DNA of 59,853 nt, filler included, from Sphacelaria rigidula (taxonomy: Eukaryota), in NCBI GenBank assembly GCA_964200075.2. It is 9 parts of 9 records of this genome, joined end to end, with 100 filler letters (N's around TTAATTAATTAA, not from the genome) between each part and the next. Parts side by side here need not be neighbours in the genome. Positions count along the whole stretch, not along the records: positions 1 to 6,562 come from CAXNAA020019335.1; positions 6,663 to 13,224 come from CAXNAA020019336.1; 7 more parts are not named here. One strand, written 5' to 3'. Shown here piece by piece: positions 1 to 11,330 of this stretch. The notes beneath the pieces were generated by a model. That model had not been told where the DNA came from, made no database searches, and saw only the letters and a program-made list of their open reading frames with translations. Position 1 is the first letter of the stretch, and every line of letters starts with the position of its first letter. The position numbers and the translations under genes were made by a program.

Positions 1-599
1 AGCTTAAACGCTGCTAAAACTTGCTCACACCACAGCTTCCCCAGTTTCCCGAATGAACCTGATGTAAGCATATCACTGTGAAGTGTAGACCAACTTGGTG
101 ACACACGGCACCGCCGCTGAATGAAATAAAAAATGAAGAAAAAATGTACTTCGTACTGCATAATGTATGACCTTAACGACGGACGAAAAAAAAGAGAATC
201 TGTCGGGATTCAAACTCATGACCTCCATAATTGGAGTCTCCCATCACTTGATTAATACGGGTGCAGCAGCGTCACGGAAAATGTTGAACGCCCGGCCCAA
301 TTCGACGAGTCTTGAGCTGAAATTTCAGGAAGACGTTCTGCACCTAAGGAAGTGATAATTCACGGTCCAGCTGCAGATTCTCCATTTTTTCCTGAACGTA
401 TGGCATTATCTTGTTTTTGCTGGAATTTCAAATGCCCATAACTTTTTATTTCGTTTTTTCTTATTTGCTGGTCCCGTGATAATTTGCATTTGGATTATGA
501 AAAGCTGCTGTCAAAATTTCAAAATTTCAGCATCCAACTCCTGATATCGCGCCGTGCGTCGTCTGAGCGAGATTCACACCTACTCTTGACTGGCTCAGC

Positions 600-870
600 T
601 CGTAAACCCCTCCAGTAGACCTGAAGCTTTAGTCGTATATCTATGGTTGACGATATGACTTTTGATAGTTGATTTTAGACTTGAGAAAGTTATGAGAAAC
701 TTCATGGTTTGAGGCAGGTGAGCAGTGGACCCAGCTCGCCCAGAACGTGTTTTTGTCGAAATCGGCGCCTGGGGCGTCGAGTTCAGGTCTGCCAACCCAC
801 ACTTTGCCTAGGAGAACCTATGCACCCCCCTCGTCCGAGGATCTCGTAGGCCTTGGGTCGGACTTGGGTT
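600..870 (-). pseudogene. Decayed fragment of a 2OG-Fe(II) dioxygenase-like (PhyH-like) gene, paralog of 10600-11330
   Basis: With frameshifts the minus strand reads RDPRTRGVHRF...PQAP/ADFDKNTF...TMKFLITF...TK/LQVYWRG. This is colinear with contig 2 (RTPRTLGEGRF...PQ...VDFNENTF...SVLLAF...THDHVYNG). The DNA CAGAACGTGTTTTTGTCGAAATCGGCGCC (~741-769) matches CAGAACGTGTTTTCGTTGAAATCGACGCC (~11169-11197). Truncated by the element starting at ~890. Confidence 0.4.
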
Positions 871-889
871 ATAATAGCGTTATTGTTAG

Positions 890-2932
890 ACCCACTTTTA
901 TCGCAACAAATCCTGACTTTTTTGGGATCCCGAATTTTGAAAAAAAGTCGGGGGGATTCAAATTCGTGGCCTTAAAACCGGGGGGACCGTTTTGTGGCAC
1001 AGACAGTGCAGTATCACAGATTTGAAACGGTTCCGTACACAGACGGTCATTTTCTGCATGAATGCGGTACTGCATACTCGTACATGAAGCTGAAGAGCAA
1101 GCAGGCGGTGAACAATCCTTCGAGTACAGTGTCGTACCTTGGTACCCTAGGGAAATACAGTGCAGGACACTACATCAGTACAGTACATGATAATGCCGTG
1201 TAGTTGTACATGATCGCACAGCCGGTATTGCGAGAACAGAGAACAAACAGTACGCGAGCAAAGTTCAGTAGTGCAGTGCCGTACATCACCCCTCAAGTAC
1301 ACCGAGAACAGGTAGGACAGTACAGTAGCGTTCCTTGAAGTGATACATATGGCAGCGCAGCGCAGCACAAAATATTATTATCGCCGCAGGGTATGGCGTC
1401 AGCACTTATTATCCGCTTGTCAAACTCCGTGCGAAGTTGCTTCAGCGGCTGGGGCGGGCAGTAGACACGCCCTGTGCTGTCACGAGACTGTCTTCTGCTG
1501 CCTTTGCAAAAATATCAAACGCCTCGTACTCTAGCAATGTACGTCAATGCACGTATGTCACCTCAAAAAATCGGGGGGAGTCACGATCTCGGAGCGATCC
1601 CCCCCCATTTTTTCCAGTGTGGCGCCAAAAGAATAGAAAAATCAAATGTACGCCGATTTTCGCATACAAGAATCATTGCATAAATTACCAGCTTGGATCA
1701 TCCCCAAAGAAGGTGTAGTTCACATGAGCGAGGTGCCCCAGAGGGACGACCTATGGCCCAACACACGGCCTATCTGAAAAGCCATGTTCAAGGCTGGATC
1801 GTCGGCACAGGTTGCAGGCCGAGAAGGTGATCATATCCCATGTTCAGTGGTGTGCATGGTGTTGCTCGGTACGGGTGCTTTGCGGGCCTCATTGTACGGC
1901 GATAGGTGGCGGCCACGCTCGGTGTTTCAGCGCACCACCGCGCCCAGGGCGTAGTATAAGTATATGAAGTGTACAATCCGCTTGAAAATGAAGCATCTCA
2001 TTTGCTTTTGTCGCACTGGAGGACGGCACAATCGTATGCATGCATGTCTTGCGGCGCAGCTGATGGGTTCGAGATTTGAAAATTCCGTCATGACCACAAC
2101 ATAAAGTCCAGTATAATACGCTGATGTGATGTACATTCTACGGAGAGTATACCCGTACCGTATATCTACGTGACCGTATACGATATGCGGCGTAATCAGG
2201 GCGCAACCGCATCTCATGTTTATTCGAGTACTCTCCTGCGGTAAGCCACAATTTTTCAGTGCAACTTGAGTTGTGGATTTCTCGCCTGTGACTGCGTGTT
2301 CCATTATGAAACTTTGCACACTAGTTGGCCACAACACAGGCAGCAAGCATATGCCCAAAGCATCCGCGCGATTGGGCCAGGGAACACCGTACAACATGGC
2401 CTCAACCAATTGTGGGGAATGCCGTCCATGCGCTCTCAAACCGGCCATGCAGCTGCCCAGACTTTGCGCACTACAGGTGGATACATATGTGCACGTGCAG
2501 ATGCACAAACTTGGACATTTAGCGCGGCTGGGCGGCAGATGTGGTAGAAAACTGACACCAGTCTATACTGCGACCCTCTCTGGATCATGACCATCCGTAG
2601 TGTACCGATCGCCTCACAGTCTGTAGAGCTGCGCAGTTCATGTCGCACGACCCTACGCGGGCTGTAGCCGCTGCGAGGCGCTGAAACTTTGCTCATATGT
2701 TGTGCGAACCGCAGGCAACAGTTCCACGTCGCTATACCTGATATTGTGCGCTGCAGGAGTGCGCACTAGCGAGAAAATTGGTCAGATTCTGTTGTGAAAA
2801 AAATGTTTGTTTTTCTTTTGGCGCAAGACTGTTCGAAAAATCGGGGGAAACCGTTCCGAGATCGTGGCTGCCCAATCCCCCCCCCCCTGATGATGAAAAA
2901 TTGAGATTCGTGCTTGCCATAGAAGTGGTTCT
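890..2932. mobile_element. Non-autonomous TIR DNA element, family A, long (~2.0 kb) copy
   Basis: Left end CCCACTTTTATCGCAACAAATCCTGACTTTTT is mirrored at ~2932-2895 (minus strand ACCACTTCTATGGCAAGCACGAATCTCAATTTTT). Inverted subterminal CACGATCTCGGA motifs lie at ~1582 and ~2867. The 890-1600 segment is homologous to 22600-23300 (minus) and 52490-52900. Confidence 0.7.
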
Positions 2933-2954
2933 TTTGATATGTTCGAAAAAATCG

Positions 2955-3517
2955 ACCAAATCTCTGTGTCGCCTCCCCTCGACGGTAGATCGATCATCGA
3001 TCCCATGATCACAAAATGCCCTGCGTGTAGTATAGAATTTATTGTCTACTGCAATAGACGCAATACTGTAGTCGATACTGTGCGCAGTACAATTTTTGGC
3101 AGTGTATTGTTATAGTCCAGGCTGCGCAGAGTACCTGACTTTGTAGCCAAGTTGTAGCCTACGGTTTACGTATTGTAGCCACCTTTGGAAAACTGGGCTT
3201 CACCTCGGAACAGTTACCCACCTGTATGGTGGGCCGTTACACACTTTGCATGTCACATCACGCACAGCAGATGCATAGATATATACATCACGCTGTGGCT
3301 AGTAAACCTTGACGCCATCACCAAGTCGACCGACTCAATTTTATCTTTACTAACCTACAACAGTACTACCTACCTTATGGCCCTTGGACACAATTGCCCA
3401 GGCCCTGTCGTGGTCATATACGGCAGTAGCATCTACGCCATTCAGCTCAAGGAGAGAATCTAGCTCCGCCAGCCAAAAAGACTCATGCTGCTGCGAGAAG
3501 TGAATCAGAAACTTCAT
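2955..3517 (-). pseudogene. TRM11: tRNA (guanine-10-N2)-methyltransferase TRM11-like N-terminus; exon 1 at 3517-3374, decayed exon 2 remnant ~3020-2955
   Basis: ATG at 3517 gives MKFLIHFSQQHESFWLAELDSLLELNG...GHK followed by a GTAGGT donor. This resembles the Trm11/TRMT11 N-terminus (yeast-type MKKYLLYMVQVHLNFRRAELESL). After a CAG acceptor at 3021, a frameshifted HFVIM..DLPSR/EATQRFG resembles the next Trm11 segment and is cut by element A. Confidence 0.55.
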
Positions 3518-4949
3518 GGTCTGTTCACCCAATCTTAAAGGGAAACCGTTGTGTTCGGCACACACCAAGCCAACAAGCAGCACGCCCACCAGCCAGAAGC
3601 AACAGGCAGCCACAACCTTGACGCCCTCGTCTAGATGTATGTAGCTGGTTGTTCAAATGTGTTTCAACGTCAATACCTGCGATCGTGTCTACGAGTTGCA
3701 CGCAAGATCTGTGTGTCAGAAGACGATGTAAACGTGAAATTTTAGCTTATTGAACAGAGATAAATGATTTGTAATACGCTTTGTGCTAGGCGCCGTTATT
3801 GCGCTGCAGTACATGCATTTTGCTGTTATTGTGAGATATGTACATGGGGCTCCTGGGCCAACGGGACATGATTATAGTGTAGACGAATATAGCGACAAAG
3901 CTCGACCAATTTTCAATCACCAGACATAGAACAGAGGCAGACGACCATTGAACAGTGTCGCTCTCACAAGCAGTTGGCACACACTCACTACGCATCGACT
4001 GGCTTCTTCTGGGGAGCACCGTTTCCTTCCTGCTGCTACTCCTAGCTCTTTTTCCTTGGAAAAAGAGCTATTCCATTGCTGTTCTCCCAGAGAAGGGGAG
4101 CTCTGTCCGTGTCCCGCCGATTTGGATTTCATTTCCCTCGAACCGTTTCGGTGAGTAGAACAGTTGCTGGTTGCAAACGTGCCCCAAGTACCGACATAAA
4201 AAAATGTGTGAACGTTTCGGTATAGGTGCGGCAGCAGTACGACTTACTATAATTGGTCTGATGATTCACTGTGCTGTCGGTATCAAAAAGGCTGTGATCG
4301 TGCACGTCGCTGATTTTCGGGATTGCATCAGATATGGTCGATCGATACACGTTGTACGGTACTGAATAAGCTTGACCACAAAGTACGTACTGTTCGTATT
4401 CTGCACACCATCTCCACTCCTGTTTACAGGCAGTAAAAACAACAACCGTAAAAACAACAGGGGCTTGTCATAGAGGCGAGATTTTTTTTAAACGATTAAG
4501 TACAAACTGCCCACAGGGATATGTTTGCCCGCGTTAAGTGCTGTACCGTATACTCGCGGGGCCCAAAGCGAGAGCTATATACCCCCGCCCTCGATTTTGT
4601 CGAGAAGAAACAGACCCTGCAACTGCGAAGAGGCCGTGCGTGTACGGGCAAATTCTGATCAGACCTCTCTTACGACGCAAGTTTCGGCGTTGCTTGATCG
4701 CCGCGTCCTCGCGGGAGGATCCCTGTTGGTGCAAAACTCCCATCACTCGGTACACATGAAGATCTTTCATTTCACTGCAGCGGCTGCAACGTTTCACATG
4801 TGCGGACGTCTGTAAGGATGTTTATGTGCGTAGAGGAGACGGCACGTCAGCGGCCGAGAGTTGCTTGCGAATATCGTGTTCTATGAAATCTCCTCCCGAA
4901 TGGTTGCTACAGCCGCAGAATCGCTGTCTGTAGCGCGCTATCCACACTA

Positions 4950-5180
4950 GCTATGGATTACTTTTCCTACACAGTTACTACGAGTACCCCCATGAACCGT
5001 TGATCGGGATGCCCAGGGTCCGAGATTTCGGGATACAACTGCCAACCCCATGTGCAACCCGCCCTCAAATGTACTGTTTGATCCCTTGGTGCTCTTGTCT
5101 ACGTGGAACTCATACACCCAGCCCGCTGAACTAGTTATTGTGCTTATTTGCGGACAACACCCTTGAGAGGTATACAACAA
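4950..5180 (-). pseudogene. Possible remnant of an RNase H-fold (DUF7869-like) transposase
   Basis: GWVYEFHVDKSTKGSNSTFEGGLHMGLAVVSRNLGP...TVHGGTRSNCVGK resembles the kGSNxTiexLhxxL...P..lyvq.DNC..enK pattern of this group. It is degenerate and the Asp of DNC is not retained. Confidence 0.3.
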
Positions 5181-5642
5181 GCCCTCTGCGCACGATCGTT
5201 GGCGACCGTTTCGCGACCACGACACCACCCCCTTCTTCTTCGTGGGAACAGCGGAAGGTTTGCACGTGTACTTTGCTTCGTTACCCAGCAGGCGAATGCC
5301 ACATGGGTACATACAGCTGAATCTTCGTGTGCGTGCAAGAAAAAGAGAGGCAACGGCTGGTGCACCCTTTCGACCACGATCACGGTGGTTGATTTTTGCG
5401 GGCGGGTCAGTCTGTGCCGCCGTGATGCACACCTCCAGTTTATCTTGGGTTGTGGTCGCCATTGATACATTTGATGATGTCTGTTGATATATCTTGTACA
5501 GTAGTGGCCCCGATTTTTTGCCAACGATTCAACTATTTACTGCCAAATAGATCATACTCGTATCCAAGGGCGCGTGAAAAAAATATTCCTGGACCCACAC
5601 TCACTTTTTTCTATCTGGGGCCAATTGGGGGGAGGGGGTGGG

Positions 5643-5792
5643 AGCACTGTTGGGACCGTGTCCGGGCTGGCAGGTTCCGGTCCTATACTTGGTGCAACAA
5701 GCTCAACCACTAGCACTGTTGGGACCGTGTCCGGGCTGGCAGGTTCCGGTCCTATACTAAATCCTATATACTCAATGCAACAAGCTCAACCA
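5643..5792 (+). repeat. Tandem duplication, 69-bp period
   Basis: AGCACTGTTGGGACCGTGTCCGGGCTGGCAGGTTCCGGTCCTATACT is identical at 5643 and 5712. Each copy is followed by TGCAACAAGCTCAACCAC, with a longer spacer in copy 2. Confidence 0.95.
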
Positions 5793-6515
5793 CAAGTTAC
5801 TTGGTTTTAGACTAGGCTGAACGGGGGAGAAGAGTCACCTCACTTGCAGAGCACACCCAAGCACGAGCAGCGAAAAACTAAACAGCAGCCGCGGTCTCGG
5901 CAAGTCTTGGTTTGGTATCGGGCTTGAAGTACGCTGTGTAAGCGAACATAAACTGCTTGATGAAACCTGATCATGAATCCTAGCAAACCCAAGCGTGTCA
6001 GATGACTGGAGTTCGGCACCCTGACACCAATACAAGCAGAGCCAAGGACTTCTCGTAAAAACGCGGCGAGACTGAAAACTGAAACCGTTAAAAAAACTGG
6101 TGGGGGGAAACGGGTTGATTGAGTTGGGGCAAAAGATCGAGGCGGGGGAAGGAGGCAGTTGCGACGAACCACAAACCCTTCACCCGTCTGTGACCGCAGC
6201 AACCACTGCAACGGCCGCGATAGTGTGGCTGAGGGGGTGTAGGCGGGGGATCTGCGTAATTTTTTCGGCGTAATTTCTTCACTTGCTTGCTTGAATCATC
6301 TTGAATCATCAAAGAACTATTGATGAATTTATCGAAAACAACACTCAACACTGCTCTCACCATTGCACACCATCCAAGTTTATTCATGAAACACACGAAC
6401 AAACCACGCACGGCTCGTGCGCATTGTTTCGATAACGTTGCTGAGCAACTGACGCCCCAAAGGCTGATAAACAGGTGTCGTTTGAGAACAAAAGAATCAA
6501 ATCAGGAGCTGCTGA

Positions 6516-6562
6516 GGGGGGGGGGGGGGGGTGTGCTCATGATCCTGCACGCCATAGTCATC
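6516..6562 (-). mobile_element. 3' end of poly(C)-tailed retroposon family 2 at a contig end
   Basis: A G-run followed by TGTGCTCATGATCCTGCACGCCATAGTCA is the reverse complement of the family 2 terminus seen at 50440-50484. Confidence 0.75.
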
Positions 6563-6662
6563 NNNNNNNNNNNNNNNNNNNNNNNNNNNNNNNNNNNNNN
6601 NNNNNNTTAATTAATTAANNNNNNNNNNNNNNNNNNNNNNNNNNNNNNNNNNNNNNNNNNNN
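6563..6662. other. Artificial contig linker (N44-TTAATTAATTAA-N44); identical linkers at 13225-13324, 19887-19986, 26549-26648, 33210-33309, 39871-39970, 46532-46631 and 53193-53292
   Basis: Eight identical 100-nt spacers whose core places stop codons in all six frames. The segments between them are 6562 bp (x4) and 6561 bp (x5), consistent with length-sorted contigs concatenated together. Confidence 0.98.
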
Positions 6663-7740
6663 CTTGTCCCCTGGTCATCATCCAGGATCCTACATGCTAC
6701 ATCTACTACGCCTTGGTATATTTTGGCTACAGCACGGACTGCCTGCAGATACCTGTTTTCTCACTCCGCGGTGGTGTTCATCTCCAAATCTTATCGTCGG
6801 GCCCCCGGGCACGTACGTGCGAGTCGCAAAAGTCGGGAAGTCCCAGTCAATCGAGACGATGCCGAGTGCCAACGAGGTGTGGTGGCGACACAAACTTCTC
6901 CGCGAGCCGCGATCGTGTGGAAGTTGTCAGAGTGGAGAACATAGCCTAAGAAAGTATAGATGACAGCAACTGCCCTGAGGCCGCTTCTCGTACGTTGCCG
7001 CAATGGGGTGCGGATTGTATGGGCTGGTCACCCCCGCTCATGTGTGGATACAAACATATACACACACCTGAGCCCTGGCAACAAGTGAAGTGAGAACCGA
7101 AAGAGCAGGTGTATGTACTCTTGCTGCAGCCGACTGCCGCGTCGGACCGTAGTGTAGAGTGTAGCATCATGGTCTGTGTCATACAGTGCACGCCACACTC
7201 TAGTGGAGTCAGCAATGCAGTACAGCAGCGGTGTCGGTCCCGTGAAACGATATACCCCGATCTACTCGAGCACGCCACGCAGGCCACTTCTTATAACAAA
7301 CTGAAATCAAAACCTGGAAAACTGCCTTTTTGGAGGTCTGGCATAGTTTTACGCCTCAACAGAGAGCTAGGCGGAATTTGACATCATGCAATGATTTACT
7401 CTACTCATTGAGGTGGGCCCAGTATATTTCCCCCTTTCTCGGTGGCCACACTTTTTATTTTGACCAAAGAAGAATTTTTGTCCAGGAAGGGTCAAGTCCA
7501 GAAAAATATGGCGAATTTATGGCGAATTTCTCTGTATTTGACCGTTTTCGACCGTTCTTGAACTAAAGTTCTTGGTTGGCGAAAATAAAACTACGGTCAC
7601 CGGAGAACGAGGAAATGTCCTGGAACCCTCCCAATGAGTAGAGCAAATCATTCGAACGTGCCGGTGTCCGCCTAGCTCTCGCTTGTGGCTTACGACGGTG
7701 TGACAGCTCCAAAAGAGCACTTTTTCAGATTCCCACTCAC

Positions 7741-9246
7741 CTTCGTAAACTCCTCTGCAATCGCTTCCGCTCCAACGTTATCTTTTTTCGTGCGATCTTG
7801 TACGGAGCCGATGATCCCCATGAACAGATAAAGTTTATCTTAATTGTTCCGTTCTGACAGCGTCTCTCCCACCTCGTTCACGGCTGCGCCGTAGTGCCGA
7901 CATGGATATGTGGAGAGGGAACGTTTTGACGTCGTTGATTAGGGATGATGACTCGTGAAGTCGGTGTTTTGTGGGCTCCAAACTCAGGAACTGAGGAAGA
8001 GCTTCATTTTTCTAGTTGTAAATAATCAACAAAACTTCGAATGCCCAACTTGTCGTCTTGCCCTCATGCTAATAGGCGCGCCTCGTGAGGGGATACTGCT
8101 ACAACGCCACAACAAGGACGGGAATAAGGCGCATAAAGCACGCCTGATTTGAAAGAAACTTGAAACGGGGCTTGAAAAGATGAAAATACTTTGTAAAAAA
8201 AAGGAGCTTGATTTCAACACAAACACGCACATACGCCGAATAACACCTGTTTACAGGATCATTCAAACTTCATCCAACTCATTCTCAACTACGACCGCGA
8301 CCCTGCAGCTTAAAGCACGAGTTGAGCACAGGGATAGATGCACTGCAGAAATTGGGTGTGCTTTGATTATTTTTTGTTGGCGAAAACTTGCGCATCTTCT
8401 CTCATGGCAGGCATTAGGGACGAAACTGCGTGGTACCGTGGGCACCCGAGTTGCATGCACGCTATTGGACAAAGCAGGCAGTACAAAGCTGTACGAGTAG
8501 GTCGAGTAGAGTATACTCAATGGCGTGGCATTTGCAAGACGAACTTGAGGTACTCAAGTTAGGGTAGTTTATTCGGAGTCGTACCCACAAAATAACTGGA
8601 GCGCGATCCAAACGGACTGGAGTCCGAAAAACCAATTCACGGGAGAAAATCGCCTGTAGACGGGCTGAAATCCTCCTGTTTATAGAAATCGGGGTTTGTC
8701 GCCGTAAAAGGCGGTCCGAAACCCTACCCCCAATCCGTGTACTGTAAGTACGACTTTCAAAATATCCCGCAATCGAGTGTACTCTACTCGACCTGCACTT
8801 GCAAAGCTGCACTGTCTTTTTGGGACAGAAAGCTTGAAAATCCATACGCACCCAACTGCATCAAAACGAAAAAAAAATGCTCGGATCGATTCCACCGCCC
8901 CAGCGCAGGGAGGTGCGGAGTATCTTTGGGGAGGGGCTGACCCCGTGCAGACTACTGCGAAATCAGAACAAACACCTACCGAGCGCCAAACCACAAGGCA
9001 TGATTTCAGGTGTGACGGTATGACTCGCCGTTTCCGATAATGCGCATTTCGTCGGGCGATATATCCCTGCACACATTGCATGGAATACGCTTCTTCCAGC
9101 CCGAAGATGCGCTGTCCTGCTTTGACTCGGTGGTTGCCGTCTAGAACACGAAAAGAAGCGCCTGTCATGGCCTCACCAGTGATCAAATCACCTGCCTCGC
9201 TGCTAAGTACGACGGCTGGTGGGTTGTGAGTAAGCAACTCATTCAC
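7741..9246 (-). pseudogene. Spliced ParB/sulfiredoxin-like domain gene, decayed; exons 9246-9029 and 7883-7741
   Basis: Exon A (after a CAG acceptor) reads VNELLTHNPPAVVL...FRVLDGNHRVKAGQRIFGLE/RIPCNVCRDISPDEMRIIGN, with the DGxHR motif at 9141-9127 and one frameshift near 9088. A GCGAGT donor and phase-1 join lead to exon B, AVNEVGETLSERNN*DKLYLF...EEFTK, which ends at a GTGAGT donor and has one in-frame TAA. Confidence 0.65.
8479..8814. mobile_element. MITE-like element with ~70-bp imperfect terminal inverted repeats, inside the ParB-like gene intron
   Basis: Left arm AGGTCGAGTAGAGTATACTCAATGGCG (8499-) versus reverse complement of the right arm AGGTCGAGTAGAGTACACTCGATTGCG. Both outer ends begin CAGT(A/G)CA. 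No TSD recognised. Confidence 0.75.
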
Positions 9247-10599
9247 CTGTGTAGACCTCATGACGTCGGGTACAGTCAAATATCCGAAGAAACTATCGAA
9301 CAGCAATACGAAAATTTTCCGGGATCGGCATCGGACAGTACTCGAACAACGGAACAGAAATCGACAAGTTACCCTTCGTATTAGAAAACAATGCGCATGG
9401 AACGCTTTGCAGCTTGGAGTACACAGATTTTGATGGAAGGAAACTTCTCCGGGCCCCCATTTGTGTTGTATCCGCCTGTAAAAGTATTTCCTCGGTCATC
9501 GATGCCTGGCTGGGGGACAGAGAAGCCGTCATCCCTCAGGTTTTCAGAACCGTTTTAATTTTGTGGATACAGATAAAAAAAAATCAAACTCTCTAGCTTG
9601 CACAGGTCTTGCGACTTCGATGTAGTTGGTTACCGTGATCACGTCCTCCTGACATCGGGATAAATATTACTTACGGGAAGCTACTACTCGTACTGTACCG
9701 AGCTGTTCACGTGACCAGCGTGCGCTGCACAGTGCCTATGCACCACGCTAGCAACAGTTAGGTCACCACCATAGGTATCTTTTCTCATTGCGCATGTCAA
9801 AAAGGTCTCCACAAATGTTTGGTCTTTCATACACCCCCCTCACCTGGCGTGTGGCACGCCCTTCTGCTCGGGCACCCCGTTGGGAGAAGTCGGCGAAAAT
9901 CAACGATGAATAACACCCCCTAAGTTCGAATTGGATATATCTGTTATTCCCGCAGCACCGCCCTTTCTGGCATGTGTGTGACAGAGAACAGTAGTAGCGG
10001 TGACGGGAATATTGCCCTTTTTTTTCAACAACATATTTTTGAGCGCACAGAGGCGCGTCCTGTCCAAAAGGAGAGGCAGAGATAAATCGACCTTCGCGTT
10101 GGCGACCGGCAAGAAGAGACGACGGAATCTCTCCGCAGCTTGGTGTTTCGGGACATGCGAAATTGGGCACATGCTGGTAACATCGATGATGCCAGTTTCT
10201 CGAACTATTGGTAATCGCCGAGTGGGGACACACAGAGGACGTGGGCGAGGAGCTTCCTCTCTGTCAGTGCTTCTCTCTCTGGTGATATCGTCATCGACAC
10301 GCATGTACAACGCATTCGTTAGGTACGGCTAGCCACAGCTGCTCAACTGCTGCGGACATTTGGGGGGGGAAATGGCTTCGCTCGGTCGCACGTGTTTTGC
10401 GTCTTCCCTGCAAAAGAGAAATTCCACTTCAACCCCATATTTTGTATCAACCCCATTTTCTAGGATCCACGGTTTTATGGTGATCGAGAAAACCGCAAAA
10501 AACAAAATCACTCCATTTGTTATAAAACTCGAATCCCGATGAGATAAAAAACAATTGACGACGGGATTAGTAGCTGCTGTCTTCTTGGCGCAGATGATG

Positions 10600-11330
10600 C
10601 AAAAAATCGCATCCCAATCAATGGCCTTGGCGATGAGTAATGAGGGCAACCGTTTGGGCTATGATCGCGAACCAGCGCCTCCAACCCTTGCCGGTTTCCA
10701 CGACATGCGAAAACCTCACCCCTATCGAACGGCCTCAGAATAGATTACACCCATGAATGGCTCTCGATAGTGCAGATGGTTGATACATCACATATGTGGA
10801 ATGTTCGACAGGTGTAGAATTTGAACCTTCGACCGAACCCCTACAAGCGTCCGTGTCTGCGAGACATTTACCCCCATCTGTACATCGCTTGTGAGAGTGG
10901 CAAGAGGAGCGCTTGTTCTCCTGTACCCGGTGCTATCACCAACCACGCCCGCGATCGATAGCGTAGCTTTGTATCTAATCTCACCTGACGGCAAGTATGG
11001 ACAAACTCTGAATTGAAGGAGAAGAGAAAGCCATACAGCAAGCTGGCGCTCAACAAAAAGAGCAGTATCCGCAATGGCGACACAATTCGACAGCCGTTGT
11101 AGACATGATCATGAGTCGCACGAACGAAAGCAAGCAGAACTGACGGTCCCATGGGCTCCTCGTATGTGCAGAACGTGTTTTCGTTGAAATCGACGCCACA
11201 GGCACAGATTTGGGGTCTAACAAGGCCTCACTCTATGTAGAGAATGTATAAACCGCCCTTCCCCGAGAGTTCTCGGTGTACGTTCAGTTGGATCAACCCA
11301 ACTATCCTCCTGGCATTCCAGCGTATCGCA
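10600..11330 (-). pseudogene. Decayed 2OG-Fe(II) dioxygenase-like (PhyH-like double-stranded beta-helix) gene
   Basis: Ordered motifs across frameshifts: PRTLGEGRFIHSL; PQ..VDFNENTF (HxD position, His not retained); GPSVLLAF; THDHVYNGC; then RGEVFACRGN / GGAG / RLPSLLIAKAIDW. These resemble the Q..HxD...S.l.Al...T.L.V..G...G.l.FrGdl.HaG....n.RlH pattern recalled from stramenopile dioxygenases. Confidence 0.45.

Noticed and set aside
684..712. QTMKFLITFS matches QTMKFLIHFS at the TRM11-like start (14-bp exact match with ~3507-3520)
   Set aside because: The similarity does not extend on either side, and the segment aligns positionally with the dioxygenase paralog. Treated as probable coincidence.
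5643..5792. Repeat-spacer-repeat pattern resembling a mini CRISPR
   Set aside because: There are only two units and the intervening sequences are themselves duplicated. This is a simple tandem duplication in a eukaryotic context with no cas genes.
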